A stretch of 64,000 nt of DNA from IMG/VR virus record IMGVR_UViG_3300031576_001126, positions 64,001 to 128,000 of that record. One strand, written 5' to 3'. Position 1 is the first letter of the stretch; each line of letters opens with the position of its first letter. This document shows, one piece after another, positions 39,958-48,904 of the stretch. Source of the stretch: a virus. The position numbers were made by a program, and so were the translations under genes. The notes beneath the pieces were generated by a model, which did no database searches, was not told the origin of the DNA, and saw nothing but the letters and a program-made list of their open reading frames with translations.

Positions 39958-41757
39958 ATGAAATTATTATTCTCAATGCCACATATAAGATGTAATGATA
40001 AGTTCGAAAGATGTCTTAGATCATTAAAAGAAAGAACTGCAAATCATGATATATTTCTATACATATGTAACTCTTTTGGCAATGATAGAACTAAAAGCGA
40101 AATAGAAAACATATTATCAACAATTGGATTCAATAATTATAAAATAGACGTAAGTAAAAATAATTTTGGATGTTCTGTGGCATGGAATGTTGGTATAAAA
40201 TATGGAATTGATAATAATTTTGATTATATAATTATTGCAAATGATGATATGTTATATTCAAAAGATTGGTTTGAAAATTGCTTAAAGTGGTTTGAAAAAT
40301 ATCCGAAATTGGATTGTGTTCATCCAATGATAGTCGGCGACATAGAGCTTGATGAGATTGGTTTTGACAATCTTTGTGAAAATACATTGCTTCCCAAACA
40401 TGAAGATAACTTTAATACCGGAATTGCATTCGGAGCTATGGTTTGTAAAAAATCTCTATTTGAAAAGATAGGTTTGCTTGACGAAAATTATTATCCGGCA
40501 TTTTATGAAGATATTGATTATGCCTTCAGAATGTTCTTGAATGACGATTGTTATTTTATAACTTGTGGAGATTCTTTTATATATCATTTTAAACATAGCA
40601 CAACTGGAAAAATATATATTAATTCTGAAAATTGCAAGAAATACTATTACAAGAAGTGGGAGGGTAAAAGCGGAGAGGATGCGAGCAGCAATGCAACATT
40701 AAGAGTTGTCTCATATATTAATGATGTGAAATCATATGAATCAAATAAAAGAGTTGATAAAAATTTCAAATGTGCAGATTCATCAATAATAGAAAGCCCA
40801 ATAATTATTGAAGAAATAAATTCTAAGAAAAAGCTTGTTTATATCTCTTATCTTAGGAGTGACTTTCTTGACGATGTTGTTTTTAGTGGATTGCGATATT
40901 TCTCTGACAAATACGATCTTTACTACATCATACCAGACGGAGCCGACTACATAACAAGAAAGAATAGATGCCATTTCAAGACAAGAACGGATTGGGCGAG
41001 AACAGCTTCGGTTATGAAGCCATTTGATTACAATACTGATTATGACATATGCATTGTGGGCCAACTTTGGCAAGAAAGTCAAGCCTGTTACAATTCATTC
41101 AAGGGAAAAGTAAAGTTTACATGCTGCATAGACGGAATGGACAATCCAACGACGCCACAGGTTGATCACGATCTTTTAATTAGGAGAGAGACCGCAGATA
41201 CAAAAATATTTGTGCCGTTTGCGTGTCCGTACGATATAGTCTATAAAGAAAATACAAAAATACCAAAATATTTTGTAAATTTCCAAATGAGCGATACTTA
41301 TAAGACTAGACGTGATTTTTTCAATAAAATTGTTCAAATAAATCCTGAAAATTCAATCATAACCTTCCAACCTTGGGGAAAAGAAATTCTCGGAAATGCT
41401 CCATTTACACCACAAGAAGATTGGTGGAACGTTTTGGAGGAAAGCAAAGCAATAATGAATGATCGAGGGGCCGGAGGGGATGCTTTTAGATTTTGGGAGG
41501 GAATGGCAACCGGAAATTTTGTTGTTTCCTCAAGAAGGCAAATATTTAACGATCTGCCATCTCCGCCAAATGTTATTTGGTTTGATGATTTGAACGAATT
41601 GGATTCAATAATTTGTGATTTGAGAAAAGTCAGTGATGACGAACTTATGGTCGTGAGAAAAAAGTCGAAAGAGTTCGTGAAACAACATCACATGCCAAGA
41701 AACAGAACCGAAAAAGTATTGTTGAGGATAGAGGAAAAAATAAATGAAAGACATTAA
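39958..41757 (+). CDS. GT2 glycosyltransferase fused to a second GT-B-like domain
   Basis: N-terminal half: NFGCSVAWNVG, IANDD, IGLLDENYYPAFYEDIDY. C-terminal half: CIDGMD...GDAFRFWEGMATG. Confidence 0.8.
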   Translation: MKLLFSMPHIRCNDKFERCLRSLKERTANHDIFLYICNSFGNDRTKSEIENILSTIGFNNYKIDVSKNNFGCSVAWNVGIKYGIDNNFDYIIIANDDMLYSKDWFENCLKWFEKYPKLDCVHPMIVGDIELDEIGFDNLCENTLLPKHEDNFNTGIAFGAMVCKKSLFEKIGLLDENYYPAFYEDIDYAFRMFLNDDCYFITCGDSFIYHFKHSTTGKIYINSENCKKYYYKKWEGKSGEDASSNATLRVVSYINDVKSYESNKRVDKNFKCADSSIIESPIIIEEINSKKKLVYISYLRSDFLDDVVFSGLRYFSDKYDLYYIIPDGADYITRKNRCHFKTRTDWARTASVMKPFDYNTDYDICIVGQLWQESQACYNSFKGKVKFTCCIDGMDNPTTPQVDHDLLIRRETADTKIFVPFACPYDIVYKENTKIPKYFVNFQMSDTYKTRRDFFNKIVQINPENSIITFQPWGKEILGNAPFTPQEDWWNVLEESKAIMNDRGAGGDAFRFWEGMATGNFVVSSRRQIFNDLPSPPNVIWFDDLNELDSIICDLRKVSDDELMVVRKKSKEFVKQHHMPRNRTEKVLLRIEEKINERH

Positions 41758-42505
41758 AGATAGAATAAAAGTTGGCATAGTATCCATGTGCAATCATGGT
41801 CTTACCGACAAATGCATTAAAAGCTGTATAAAGAGTGGAATAAATGATGTTTATGTTTTTTGCAATTCATCAACAATAAATTTCGATAATTCCGTAAGAC
41901 ACGATATAGCTGGAAGAAATATCGGGGTGTCATATGGCTGGAATATGCTGGTCAAAGATTTTTTGAAAAGTGACAAAGATTATCTTTTTATATGCAATGA
42001 TGATATAATATTTATGAATAATTGGCATATTTGTGCCAAACATTTGGATGATGAGAGAATTGGTATTGTTAGCCCATTGCTTTTAGAGAGGAAGTTTTAT
42101 GACGATATTTCTGGAAGTTCCAATATATTCCTGAATGACTGGCAAAATGTATGTTTGTTTGGATGTTTTGGGATTAACAGAAAGACTATAGAGAAAATTG
42201 GCATGTTCGATGAAGAGTTTGAATGTTGTGGCGAAGATAGCGATTATAAGGCCAGAATCTTCAAATATGCCCTATCCTCGGAAAATCCAATTTTGATGAT
42301 GACTGACAATAGCTGTTATGTTTTTCATTATGGTGGTCAATCTCTAAAATCTTCATTTAACGAAACCAGAGAAAAATCAAAGATGGCCAATATACTTTTT
42401 GATAGAAAACACCCGGAATGGCCGACATTGACAAGGGCCAATTATGACAGGGTTTCCATAGAATATGGCAAGAAATTGGAATGCGTTAAAAATGGAATCG
42501 AATAA
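41744..42505 (+). CDS. GT2 glycosyltransferase
   Basis: NIGVSYGWN, ICNDD, IGMFDEEF...EDSDY, VFHYGGQS. Confidence 0.82.
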   Translation: MKDIKDRIKVGIVSMCNHGLTDKCIKSCIKSGINDVYVFCNSSTINFDNSVRHDIAGRNIGVSYGWNMLVKDFLKSDKDYLFICNDDIIFMNNWHICAKHLDDERIGIVSPLLLERKFYDDISGSSNIFLNDWQNVCLFGCFGINRKTIEKIGMFDEEFECCGEDSDYKARIFKYALSSENPILMMTDNSCYVFHYGGQSLKSSFNETREKSKMANILFDRKHPEWPTLTRANYDRVSIEYGKKLECVKNGIE

Positions 42506-43253
42506 TAAAGTTTCAATATGCATAAGTCATTTTAATAGACCGCTCGCACTTAAGCAGGCAATTTTGGGAATAAACAAGTTTATAAGACCAAACTATTGCA
42601 ATATTGAAGTTCTAGTTTCTGACGATGGGTCGAGCAAGGAGAATGTTGATGATATTTCAAAAATAGATGGTATAGATAAACTTCTATTTAATGAACATAT
42701 TGGCGGAGGTTCAAACAACAATAAACTTATATGTAATTGTTCTGGAGATTATATTATATGGCATCAAGACGATTTTGAGTGCCTTGGATATGACAATTTC
42801 ATAGAAGATTGTATAATTCTATCGGAGGTTGAGAATTGTGGAATAATAAGACTTTCGGGATTCAATGGAAAATTCGAAAAAACACCATTCAGAATAGATA
42901 GAATGCCAGAAGACACAAAGCCGGGTTTTAGATATGAATTAAAGGAACATGTGGGAATTCCTTATGCTGAGGCGATACGAGAAAGTGATGAATTAGTTAA
43001 GGTTCGGGGAGATCTTAGATGTCTTTATAGCGATCATCCACATTTCAAAACAAGGAAATTCATCGAAAAAATAGGTTTGTACAAAGAAGGTGCGAGCATC
43101 TGGAGATCGGAAGGGGATTTTGTCGAAAGATATTGGAATGATGGATTTAAGACTATTTTTTGGGGAAATTTGATAGTAAGTAGCAATTTTAAGACAACCA
43201 AAACTATTTTGAGTGATAAAGAACAGGAATTGATAAATAGAAATATTCTATAG
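42492..43253 (+). CDS. GT2 glycosyltransferase
   Basis: VSICISHFNR, VLVSDDGS, IIWHQDD; the start is taken as MESNNK (42492), overlapping the previous stop. Confidence 0.8.
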   Translation: MESNNKVSICISHFNRPLALKQAILGINKFIRPNYCNIEVLVSDDGSSKENVDDISKIDGIDKLLFNEHIGGGSNNNKLICNCSGDYIIWHQDDFECLGYDNFIEDCIILSEVENCGIIRLSGFNGKFEKTPFRIDRMPEDTKPGFRYELKEHVGIPYAEAIRESDELVKVRGDLRCLYSDHPHFKTRKFIEKIGLYKEGASIWRSEGDFVERYWNDGFKTIFWGNLIVSSNFKTTKTILSDKEQELINRNIL

Positions 43254-43263
43254 GAGAATAAAA

Positions 43264-43827
43264 ATGAAAGCCAAAGGGAATGTTGTTGATGATTATAACG
43301 GTATAATTTGTTCTGTTATAAATGCATGTGAGTTTAAGAACTATCTTGAATTGGGATTGGCAGGCGGACATCAGTTTGATAAAGTCTCCAAAAATTGTCC
43401 AAACCTAGAAACTATGGTTGCGGTTGATATTAGAACTTCCGATTGGACTATATTTAATCCACTACCAACAAACCCAAGAATGAAAATATATAATGGTACG
43501 AAAACTGATGATTTCTTTGCAAATAACGTGAAGGATCATAAATTTGATGTTGCTTTTATAGACGCCTGTCACAACTATGATCAAGTTATGAGAGATTTTA
43601 ACAATGTCTTGAATGTAATTGAAGAAGATGGAATAATTTTCATGCACGATACCTATCCTCCCAATCAATCTCATACCACAGAAGGAGCATGTTCCGACGC
43701 ATATAAAGCGTATATGGATATATGCGATAATTATCGCAAAGTTTGTGAATGTGTCAATGTTCCAATATTTTGTGGTCTAAATATTGTGAGGAAGATAAAT
43801 AGAAGTAGGAGAATATTAACGATATGA
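43264..43827 (+). CDS. Class I SAM-dependent methyltransferase (Methyltransf_24-like)
   Basis: YLELG, AVDI, FDVAFIDACH.YDQV..DF, GIIFMHDT; AGGAG RBS upstream. Confidence 0.85.
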   Translation: MKAKGNVVDDYNGIICSVINACEFKNYLELGLAGGHQFDKVSKNCPNLETMVAVDIRTSDWTIFNPLPTNPRMKIYNGTKTDDFFANNVKDHKFDVAFIDACHNYDQVMRDFNNVLNVIEEDGIIFMHDTYPPNQSHTTEGACSDAYKAYMDICDNYRKVCECVNVPIFCGLNIVRKINRSRRILTI

Positions 43828-44801
43828 TAGCCAACTCAAATATATTGATAACCGGAGGCACTGGCAGTTTTGGAAACAGAGTTGCCCAAAAAATAATTGC
43901 CATGAATCCAAAGTCGGTTTCAATATTGTCGAGAGACGAGAAAAAGCAATATGAGATGAAAAAGCTTTTCCCTGATTTCAGATATCTTATAGGCGATGTT
44001 AGGGATGCAAACAGGGTGGATTTTTGTTGCAAAAATATGGATTATATCTTCCATGCGGCTGCCTTAAAACAAGTTCCAAATTGCGAAGATTTCCCGCACG
44101 AGGCACTTCAAACCAACTCAATCGGATCATTCAATGTATGCAATTCTGCCATAAGAAACAGCGTAAAAAAGGTCGTATTTTTATCAACCGATAAAGCCGT
44201 AAAGCCAATAAACGCTATGGGTATCTCCAAAGCGATGATGGAAAAGATTGTTGTCTCCCAAAATAACAAAAACATAAACGACTGTGCCACAATATTCTGC
44301 TGCGTTAGATACGGAAACGTTATGGCGAGCAGGGGAAGTGTAATTCCATTTTTTAGGAAGTGTATAGAAAATGGATCTGATATACCAATAACTGTTCCAG
44401 AAATGACACGTTTTATGTTGACATTGGACGATGCCTGCGAGCTTATTTTCTATGCTTTTGAAAATTCGAAAGGCGGGGAAATCTTTGTCAAAAAATCTCC
44501 AGCCTGCACTGTTGATTTTCTTGTAGATTTCATGTTAAAATACCACGGTGGGTCTAGCCAAAAGAAAATAATAGGCCCAAGACCGGGAGAAAAATATCAC
44601 GAGACCCTGATAAGTGAGTATGAATCCCTAAGAGCAAGCGACATGGGAAATTTCTTTGTTGTCCATTCGGAATATTCAAGTTATTTTAACAGTCATGTGG
44701 AATTTGGAATAGAATACACTTCTGAAAATACAAATAGAATAACAAACTATGATGATTTTTTAGATCTATACGAAAGGGCTAACTTTTTTGATTTGGAGTA
44801 G
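43824..44801 (+). CDS. UDP-GlcNAc 4,6-dehydratase/5-epimerase, FnlA/CapE/WbjB type (Polysacc_synt_2)
   Basis: TGGTGSFG, SRDEKKQ, FHAAALKQVP, STDKA, MGISK (Met in place of the catalytic Tyr, typical of this subfamily), RYGNVMASRGSV, RPGEK.HE. Confidence 0.9.
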   Translation: MIANSNILITGGTGSFGNRVAQKIIAMNPKSVSILSRDEKKQYEMKKLFPDFRYLIGDVRDANRVDFCCKNMDYIFHAAALKQVPNCEDFPHEALQTNSIGSFNVCNSAIRNSVKKVVFLSTDKAVKPINAMGISKAMMEKIVVSQNNKNINDCATIFCCVRYGNVMASRGSVIPFFRKCIENGSDIPITVPEMTRFMLTLDDACELIFYAFENSKGGEIFVKKSPACTVDFLVDFMLKYHGGSSQKKIIGPRPGEKYHETLISEYESLRASDMGNFFVVHSEYSSYFNSHVEFGIEYTSENTNRITNYDDFLDLYERANFFDLE

Positions 44802-44806
44802 TTTGA

Positions 44807-45691
44807 ATGATACTGGTTGCAGGAGGTTCTGGTGGTCTTGGTCGCACATTTGTTGATCGAGACCATCTTGGAACCCACTTCTCTAAGAAATATAAAAACA
44901 CTGAATTCGCCGATTTTTCAAAATCAGAAAATGAAACTTGGAAGAAGCTTGACGAACTTTGTCGTGGCAAAGATATTGATTGTGTTGTTTCGACCATTTC
45001 TTATACCGATGTTGATGGTTCTGAAAGAGATTTCGAAAAAAGCAAAAAAATAACAAGAGACTCAAATATACAAATATGTGATTGGTGTAATAAAAACAAA
45101 TTACCATTTATATTTATATCGTCCAATGATATTTTTGATGGAGAAAGGGGACTGTATCTCGAAAATGATAAACCCCTTCCAGTGAACAATTACTGCCTTC
45201 ATAAAATTGAGGCAGAAGAGCATATATTAAAATGCGAGGGAGACAATCTTATTATTAGATGCAGTCTTCTTGAAGATTATAGCTCATTCAAAAAAATACC
45301 ACTTATAGTAAAGATTTATAATTCAATTATAGAAAAAATCGACGTAAGTTTATTTCGTGATTCATATAATAGTCCCGTAAGTATCGAGTTTGTTTGCGAT
45401 TTTATTGAAAGTTTTTTGAAATCGAATTTCAAAAAATGGAACGGGATAAGACATCTGCACAGCGAAAGGGTTTCAAAATATGAAATCGGGGAGATAATGT
45501 GCGATATTCTTGGATACAACTATAATAATATAAAAGAGTCATCAATATCCGATTGCAATTTCTTGGCAAAGAGGCCAAAAGACGTTTCTTTGCTTTCGCT
45601 TTATGATAATTGTAATCTTGGAAGTATTCATAAAAACATATCCAATATAATTTACAGCATAGGACAAAAGGACAAGACACTCAATGGATAG
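44807..45691 (+). CDS. RmlD-like NDP-4-keto-6-deoxysugar reductase (SDR)
   Basis: GGSGGLG, YTDVDGSE, ISSNDIFDG, PVNNYCLHK (YxxxK), RPKDVSL. Confidence 0.8.
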   Translation: MILVAGGSGGLGRTFVDRDHLGTHFSKKYKNTEFADFSKSENETWKKLDELCRGKDIDCVVSTISYTDVDGSERDFEKSKKITRDSNIQICDWCNKNKLPFIFISSNDIFDGERGLYLENDKPLPVNNYCLHKIEAEEHILKCEGDNLIIRCSLLEDYSSFKKIPLIVKIYNSIIEKIDVSLFRDSYNSPVSIEFVCDFIESFLKSNFKKWNGIRHLHSERVSKYEIGEIMCDILGYNYNNIKESSISDCNFLAKRPKDVSLLSLYDNCNLGSIHKNISNIIYSIGQKDKTLNG

Positions 45692-46021
45692 AAAAACGAC
45701 TTTGATATTTGGGATTTCAGGACAGGAAAAATAAAAACGAATGTCTGGTCAGAATATAGTATAGATAGGTATGATTAGGAGAAAACCCATGCCTAGAAAA
45801 AGTTTACCTGAAAAAAATGAAAAATTTATGAGAGCCGAAGAATTAAAGTATTTAAGAGGAGATAGCTCAAGAACAAAAAAATTCTTGGATGGGAGCCCAA
45901 ATACACATTCGAATCCACGATAAACGAAACTGTAGATTACTGGCTAGAACGATTACGAAAAGAAAACAATATTGATAACAAACATGATGTTTTATTAAAC
46001 AACTCTATGGTTCAACTATGA
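45684..46021 (+). pseudogene. gmd: GDP-mannose 4,6-dehydratase remnant (large internal deletion + frameshift)
   Basis: 45684-45734 reads MDRKTTLIFGISGQEK* (Gmd N-terminus, ..LITGI.GQD). From ~45816 it reads NEKFMRAEELKYLRGDSSRTKK, then after a frameshift in the A7 run (45875-45881) ILGWEPKYTFESTINETVDYW..., which is the Gmd C-terminus. Both ends still overlap the neighbouring genes. Confidence 0.85.
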
Positions 46022-46242
46022 TTGTAAAAAAAATAACATCGGAAAAAAACAAAAATTATGTGGAATACATATTCTCAAACAAAGAGGAAGCCGAACTTTT
46101 TTGGAAAACTGGAGTTCCACAAATAGGGTCTCTATTCGATATCCTAGAAGATGGACATTTAAAAAAAATATTAGCGGCCTACCATCTCTTATATTCTTCT
46201 TACGAGCCAAAAGAATACAAAATATCCATAAAATACGAGTGA
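46018..46242 (+). CDS. Small hypothetical protein (74 aa)
   Basis: ATGA overlap with the gmd remnant stop; no recognisable motif. Confidence 0.5.
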   Translation: MIVKKITSEKNKNYVEYIFSNKEEAELFWKTGVPQIGSLFDILEDGHLKKILAAYHLLYSSYEPKEYKISIKYE

Positions 46243-46282
46243 AAACATATTTTCTATCAACAAAGCTGTTGCGGATTTTTCC

Positions 46283-46310
46283 TTGATATTAAAAAAGCGT
46301 ATATTAGACT
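46283..46310 (+). promoter_or_regulatory. Candidate sigma70-type promoter upstream of tmk
   Basis: TTGATA-N16-TAGACT in the largest intergenic gap, at the boundary between the glycosylation and replication modules. Confidence 0.35.
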
Positions 46311-46380
46311 AGGGGATGTTTAAGTTTTTCCTCAAAAACACACAGAGACAGAGTTTTGTATGTTTTTCTAATACGAAATA

Positions 46381-46992
46381 ATGGAGACAATTGTTATGCA
46401 CAAAAAAGGATTCTTGCTTACAATCGAAGGGATTGACGGAGCGGGCAAAACCACTTTGGCAAAATCTCTTCATGATAAACTCCAATCTATGCAGATTCCT
46501 GTCATTTTAAGCAAGGAACCCACCGATGGTCCCTATGGAAAAAAAATAAGGGAATCCGCAAAAACAAAAAGACTTCCTCTTGAAAGAGAGTTGTTTCTTT
46601 TCATACAAGATAGAAAAGAACATGTGGAAAAGATTATAAAGCCAGCATTAAAAAATGGAAAAGTTGTTATTCTTGATCGTTATATGTATTCAACAATAGC
46701 ATACCAAGGAGCAAGAGGAGCTTCTGTTGCGGAAATTTACCAAGAGCATTGTGATTTTGCTATAGAACCTGATCTTTTAGTAATTTTAGACTTGCCAATT
46801 GACGAGGCTCTTGCTAGAATAAAAAAGACACGAGGATCAACCGACGAGTTTGAAGTGAAATCATATTTAAAACAAGTGGCTTCAAATTATTTAAAAGTTA
46901 AAGCTCCAGTTATTCTTTATCTCGAAGCAACAAAATCAACAGAAGATTTGGCAGAAGATGTATTGGAAAATTTCTTTAATTCAGAATATTAA
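46381..46992 (+). CDS. tmk: Thymidylate (dTMP) kinase
   Basis: IEGIDGAGKTT P-loop, KEP, DR..H, ILDRY.YS.IAYQG, PDL...LD. The start may be 46396 (GGAG upstream). Confidence 0.93.
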   Translation: METIVMHKKGFLLTIEGIDGAGKTTLAKSLHDKLQSMQIPVILSKEPTDGPYGKKIRESAKTKRLPLERELFLFIQDRKEHVEKIIKPALKNGKVVILDRYMYSTIAYQGARGASVAEIYQEHCDFAIEPDLLVILDLPIDEALARIKKTRGSTDEFEVKSYLKQVASNYLKVKAPVILYLEATKSTEDLAEDVLENFFNSEY

Positions 46993-47012
46993 AAACATAA
47001 AAGGAGAAAGTT

Positions 47013-48386
47013 ATGTCAAACATAGAAAACATCAGTGCTGGCAAAAAATGGACAGATAAAGAAAGAATTAAACTTTATAAGTTAGTTTCCATAAAAGGGA
47101 AGGTTTGGTCTTCTTTGGCCAAAGAATTTGACGTTTCTCCAGATTCCTGTGCAAAAAAATATAAAAGCACCAATTGGCCGCTTATTTTTTCCAGAAACAA
47201 TACAACAGAGACCAAAGTTGTAAAAGAAGCCATTGACAATTATAAAAAGAAAAATGTTGTAAAAGAAGAAACACAAAACATTCTTGCTTTAACTAAACAA
47301 AAATTACTACAACAAAGCACAGAAAGAGTTCAAAGAGAATTAGTGGAAAGAGCGGCCATTACAGAACTTATTTTAGAAAAAATAGAAAGCTCAATAAGCA
47401 AAGTCGAACCCATCTCTTTTGAAGAAATAAAATATCCTAAAACAATTGCCAACCGCACTCCCGAAGAAGCTTGTTTGATTTTATCAGATCTTCATGTTGG
47501 TTTGGCTTGTATCCCAGAAGAAGTTGGTGGGCTTGGAAATTATAACAAAGATGTGTTTTTAAAAAGATTAAATAATCTTGTAAATTCTATTTATAAAATC
47601 ACAGATATTCATAGATCTGTTTATAGAGTTGACACATTAAATATTTTTGGATTGGGTGATTTTGTTCACGGCTCTAATGATGCCGGTAAATGGGGATTTC
47701 TTCACACCGAACAAAATATAATGGATCAGATTTTTGTTTTAGTAAATGAAATAACTAAGGCGCTTCTTATTCTAAATAAAAAATTTAACAAAATCAAATT
47801 CCATGGCGTGGTTGGAAATCACGGAAGATGCTCTAAAAGAGGGATTGAAAAACACTATGTAAACTGGGACTATATAGTTTATAAAATGATTGAATCTTCT
47901 CTTTCAAATCAAAGAGGTATGGAGTTCTTTGTACCCAGATCTCTATTCCAAGTTGCCGAAGTTCTTGGATATAAATTTTTATTAATTCACGGAGATCAAA
48001 TAAAGGCATGGAATTCTTTGCCTATTTATGGATTAACAAGAGCAGATGGAAGATATAGGAATATGTTAACCGGAAATAAAAATTTAGAGGGGTTGATTGA
48101 GGAAATAGAGAACAAAAAAACAGATGTAAGCAAACCAGAATTGTTGATGAAGGCTTCGTTAATTTATGCCAAACCATTTGATTTTTTGATCGCAGGCCAT
48201 CATCATCAATCGGCAGAAATAGAATCGGCGGGAGGAGGAAAGATAATTTTAAATTCGAGTTTTCTCGGCGGTGATGATTATACTATTAATCAGCTACTGA
48301 CAACAGGGACAGCTTCGCAAAAGTTTTTCGGGATGCATCCAGAAGGCCGAACTTGGCAGTATGACATTGATTTGAACCGAACTTAA
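47013..48386 (+). CDS. Myb/SANT-like HTH fused to a calcineurin-like metallophosphoesterase
   Basis: N-terminal KKWTDKERIKL..LV...G..WSSLAKEF..SPDSCAKKY; phosphoesterase motifs SDLH, GDFVHG, GNHG, HGD, GHHH; AAGGAG RBS. Confidence 0.8.
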   Translation: MSNIENISAGKKWTDKERIKLYKLVSIKGKVWSSLAKEFDVSPDSCAKKYKSTNWPLIFSRNNTTETKVVKEAIDNYKKKNVVKEETQNILALTKQKLLQQSTERVQRELVERAAITELILEKIESSISKVEPISFEEIKYPKTIANRTPEEACLILSDLHVGLACIPEEVGGLGNYNKDVFLKRLNNLVNSIYKITDIHRSVYRVDTLNIFGLGDFVHGSNDAGKWGFLHTEQNIMDQIFVLVNEITKALLILNKKFNKIKFHGVVGNHGRCSKRGIEKHYVNWDYIVYKMIESSLSNQRGMEFFVPRSLFQVAEVLGYKFLLIHGDQIKAWNSLPIYGLTRADGRYRNMLTGNKNLEGLIEEIENKKTDVSKPELLMKASLIYAKPFDFLIAGHHHQSAEIESAGGGKIILNSSFLGGDDYTINQLLTTGTASQKFFGMHPEGRTWQYDIDLNRT

Positions 48387-48411
48387 ATAATATAACGGGA
48401 ACGATCATGAG

Positions 48412-48720
48412 ATGATAAATCAGATAATGGAACCAGGATTCGTAAAATGGATCGCAAAACACAAATGTCTTAATTGTAAAGAAGATATTTCCTTCAAAAA
48501 TTACTTATTTATTGGATTTTCTCTTGGTGAAAAAGATAATGGAATTCTTTGTGTAGATTTTATTTGTGGCAATTGTGAAAAAAAAGGAACAATAAAATTC
48601 AAAGGTGAAAAATTCTCTTTTGAAAGACTATGTTCTTTGGTTATATTGCATTCGGATATTATGTCTGAAACAGAAAAAAAAGAATGGAATAAAAAATATT
48701 TAAATAAAAAGGCAAAATAA
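48412..48720 (+). CDS. Small zinc-ribbon protein
   Basis: CLNC ... CGNC pair. Confidence 0.65.
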   Translation: MINQIMEPGFVKWIAKHKCLNCKEDISFKNYLFIGFSLGEKDNGILCVDFICGNCEKKGTIKFKGEKFSFERLCSLVILHSDIMSETEKKEWNKKYLNKKAK

Positions 48721-48724
48721 AACG

Positions 48725-48904
48725 ATGTTTATAAAAAGAGCCATAACAAAAAATGCTATACTTGGAGTTATTGACACCAAGCGTGAAAACAGTGATAATT
48801 TGAGCGTATGTTGTTCGGTATGCGGAAAATGCTTTAAAAACACTTCCGAAGCCCAGAGTTGCAAGCGAGAAGATTGTCCTTTTTCATGTCGAAGCCAAAA
48901 ATAA
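48725..48904 (+). CDS. Small Cys-rich protein (59 aa), absent from the ORF track
   Basis: Hand translation gives MFIKRAITKNAILGVIDTKRENSDNLSVCCSVCGKCFKNTSEAQSCKREDCPFSCRSQK*; it fills the gap between the neighbouring genes. Confidence 0.55.
   Translation: MFIKRAITKNAILGVIDTKRENSDNLSVCCSVCGKCFKNTSEAQSCKREDCPFSCRSQK
48771..48799 (+). promoter_or_regulatory. Candidate sigma70-type promoter upstream of the helicase/dnaJ/replication genes
   Basis: TTGACA-N17-GATAAT (11/12 consensus), ~90 bp upstream of ATG 48886. Confidence 0.5.

Noticed and set aside
32439-45691. Cellular O-antigen or capsule locus
   Set aside because: No wzx/wzy/wzm/wzt, chain-length regulator or initiating phosphoglycosyl transferase was seen, and the flanks are phage-like.
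46334-46367. Hairpin upstream of tmk as a terminator or riboswitch
   Set aside because: It is an AU/GU-rich imperfect stem with a bulge and a mismatch, which is expected by chance in AT-rich DNA.
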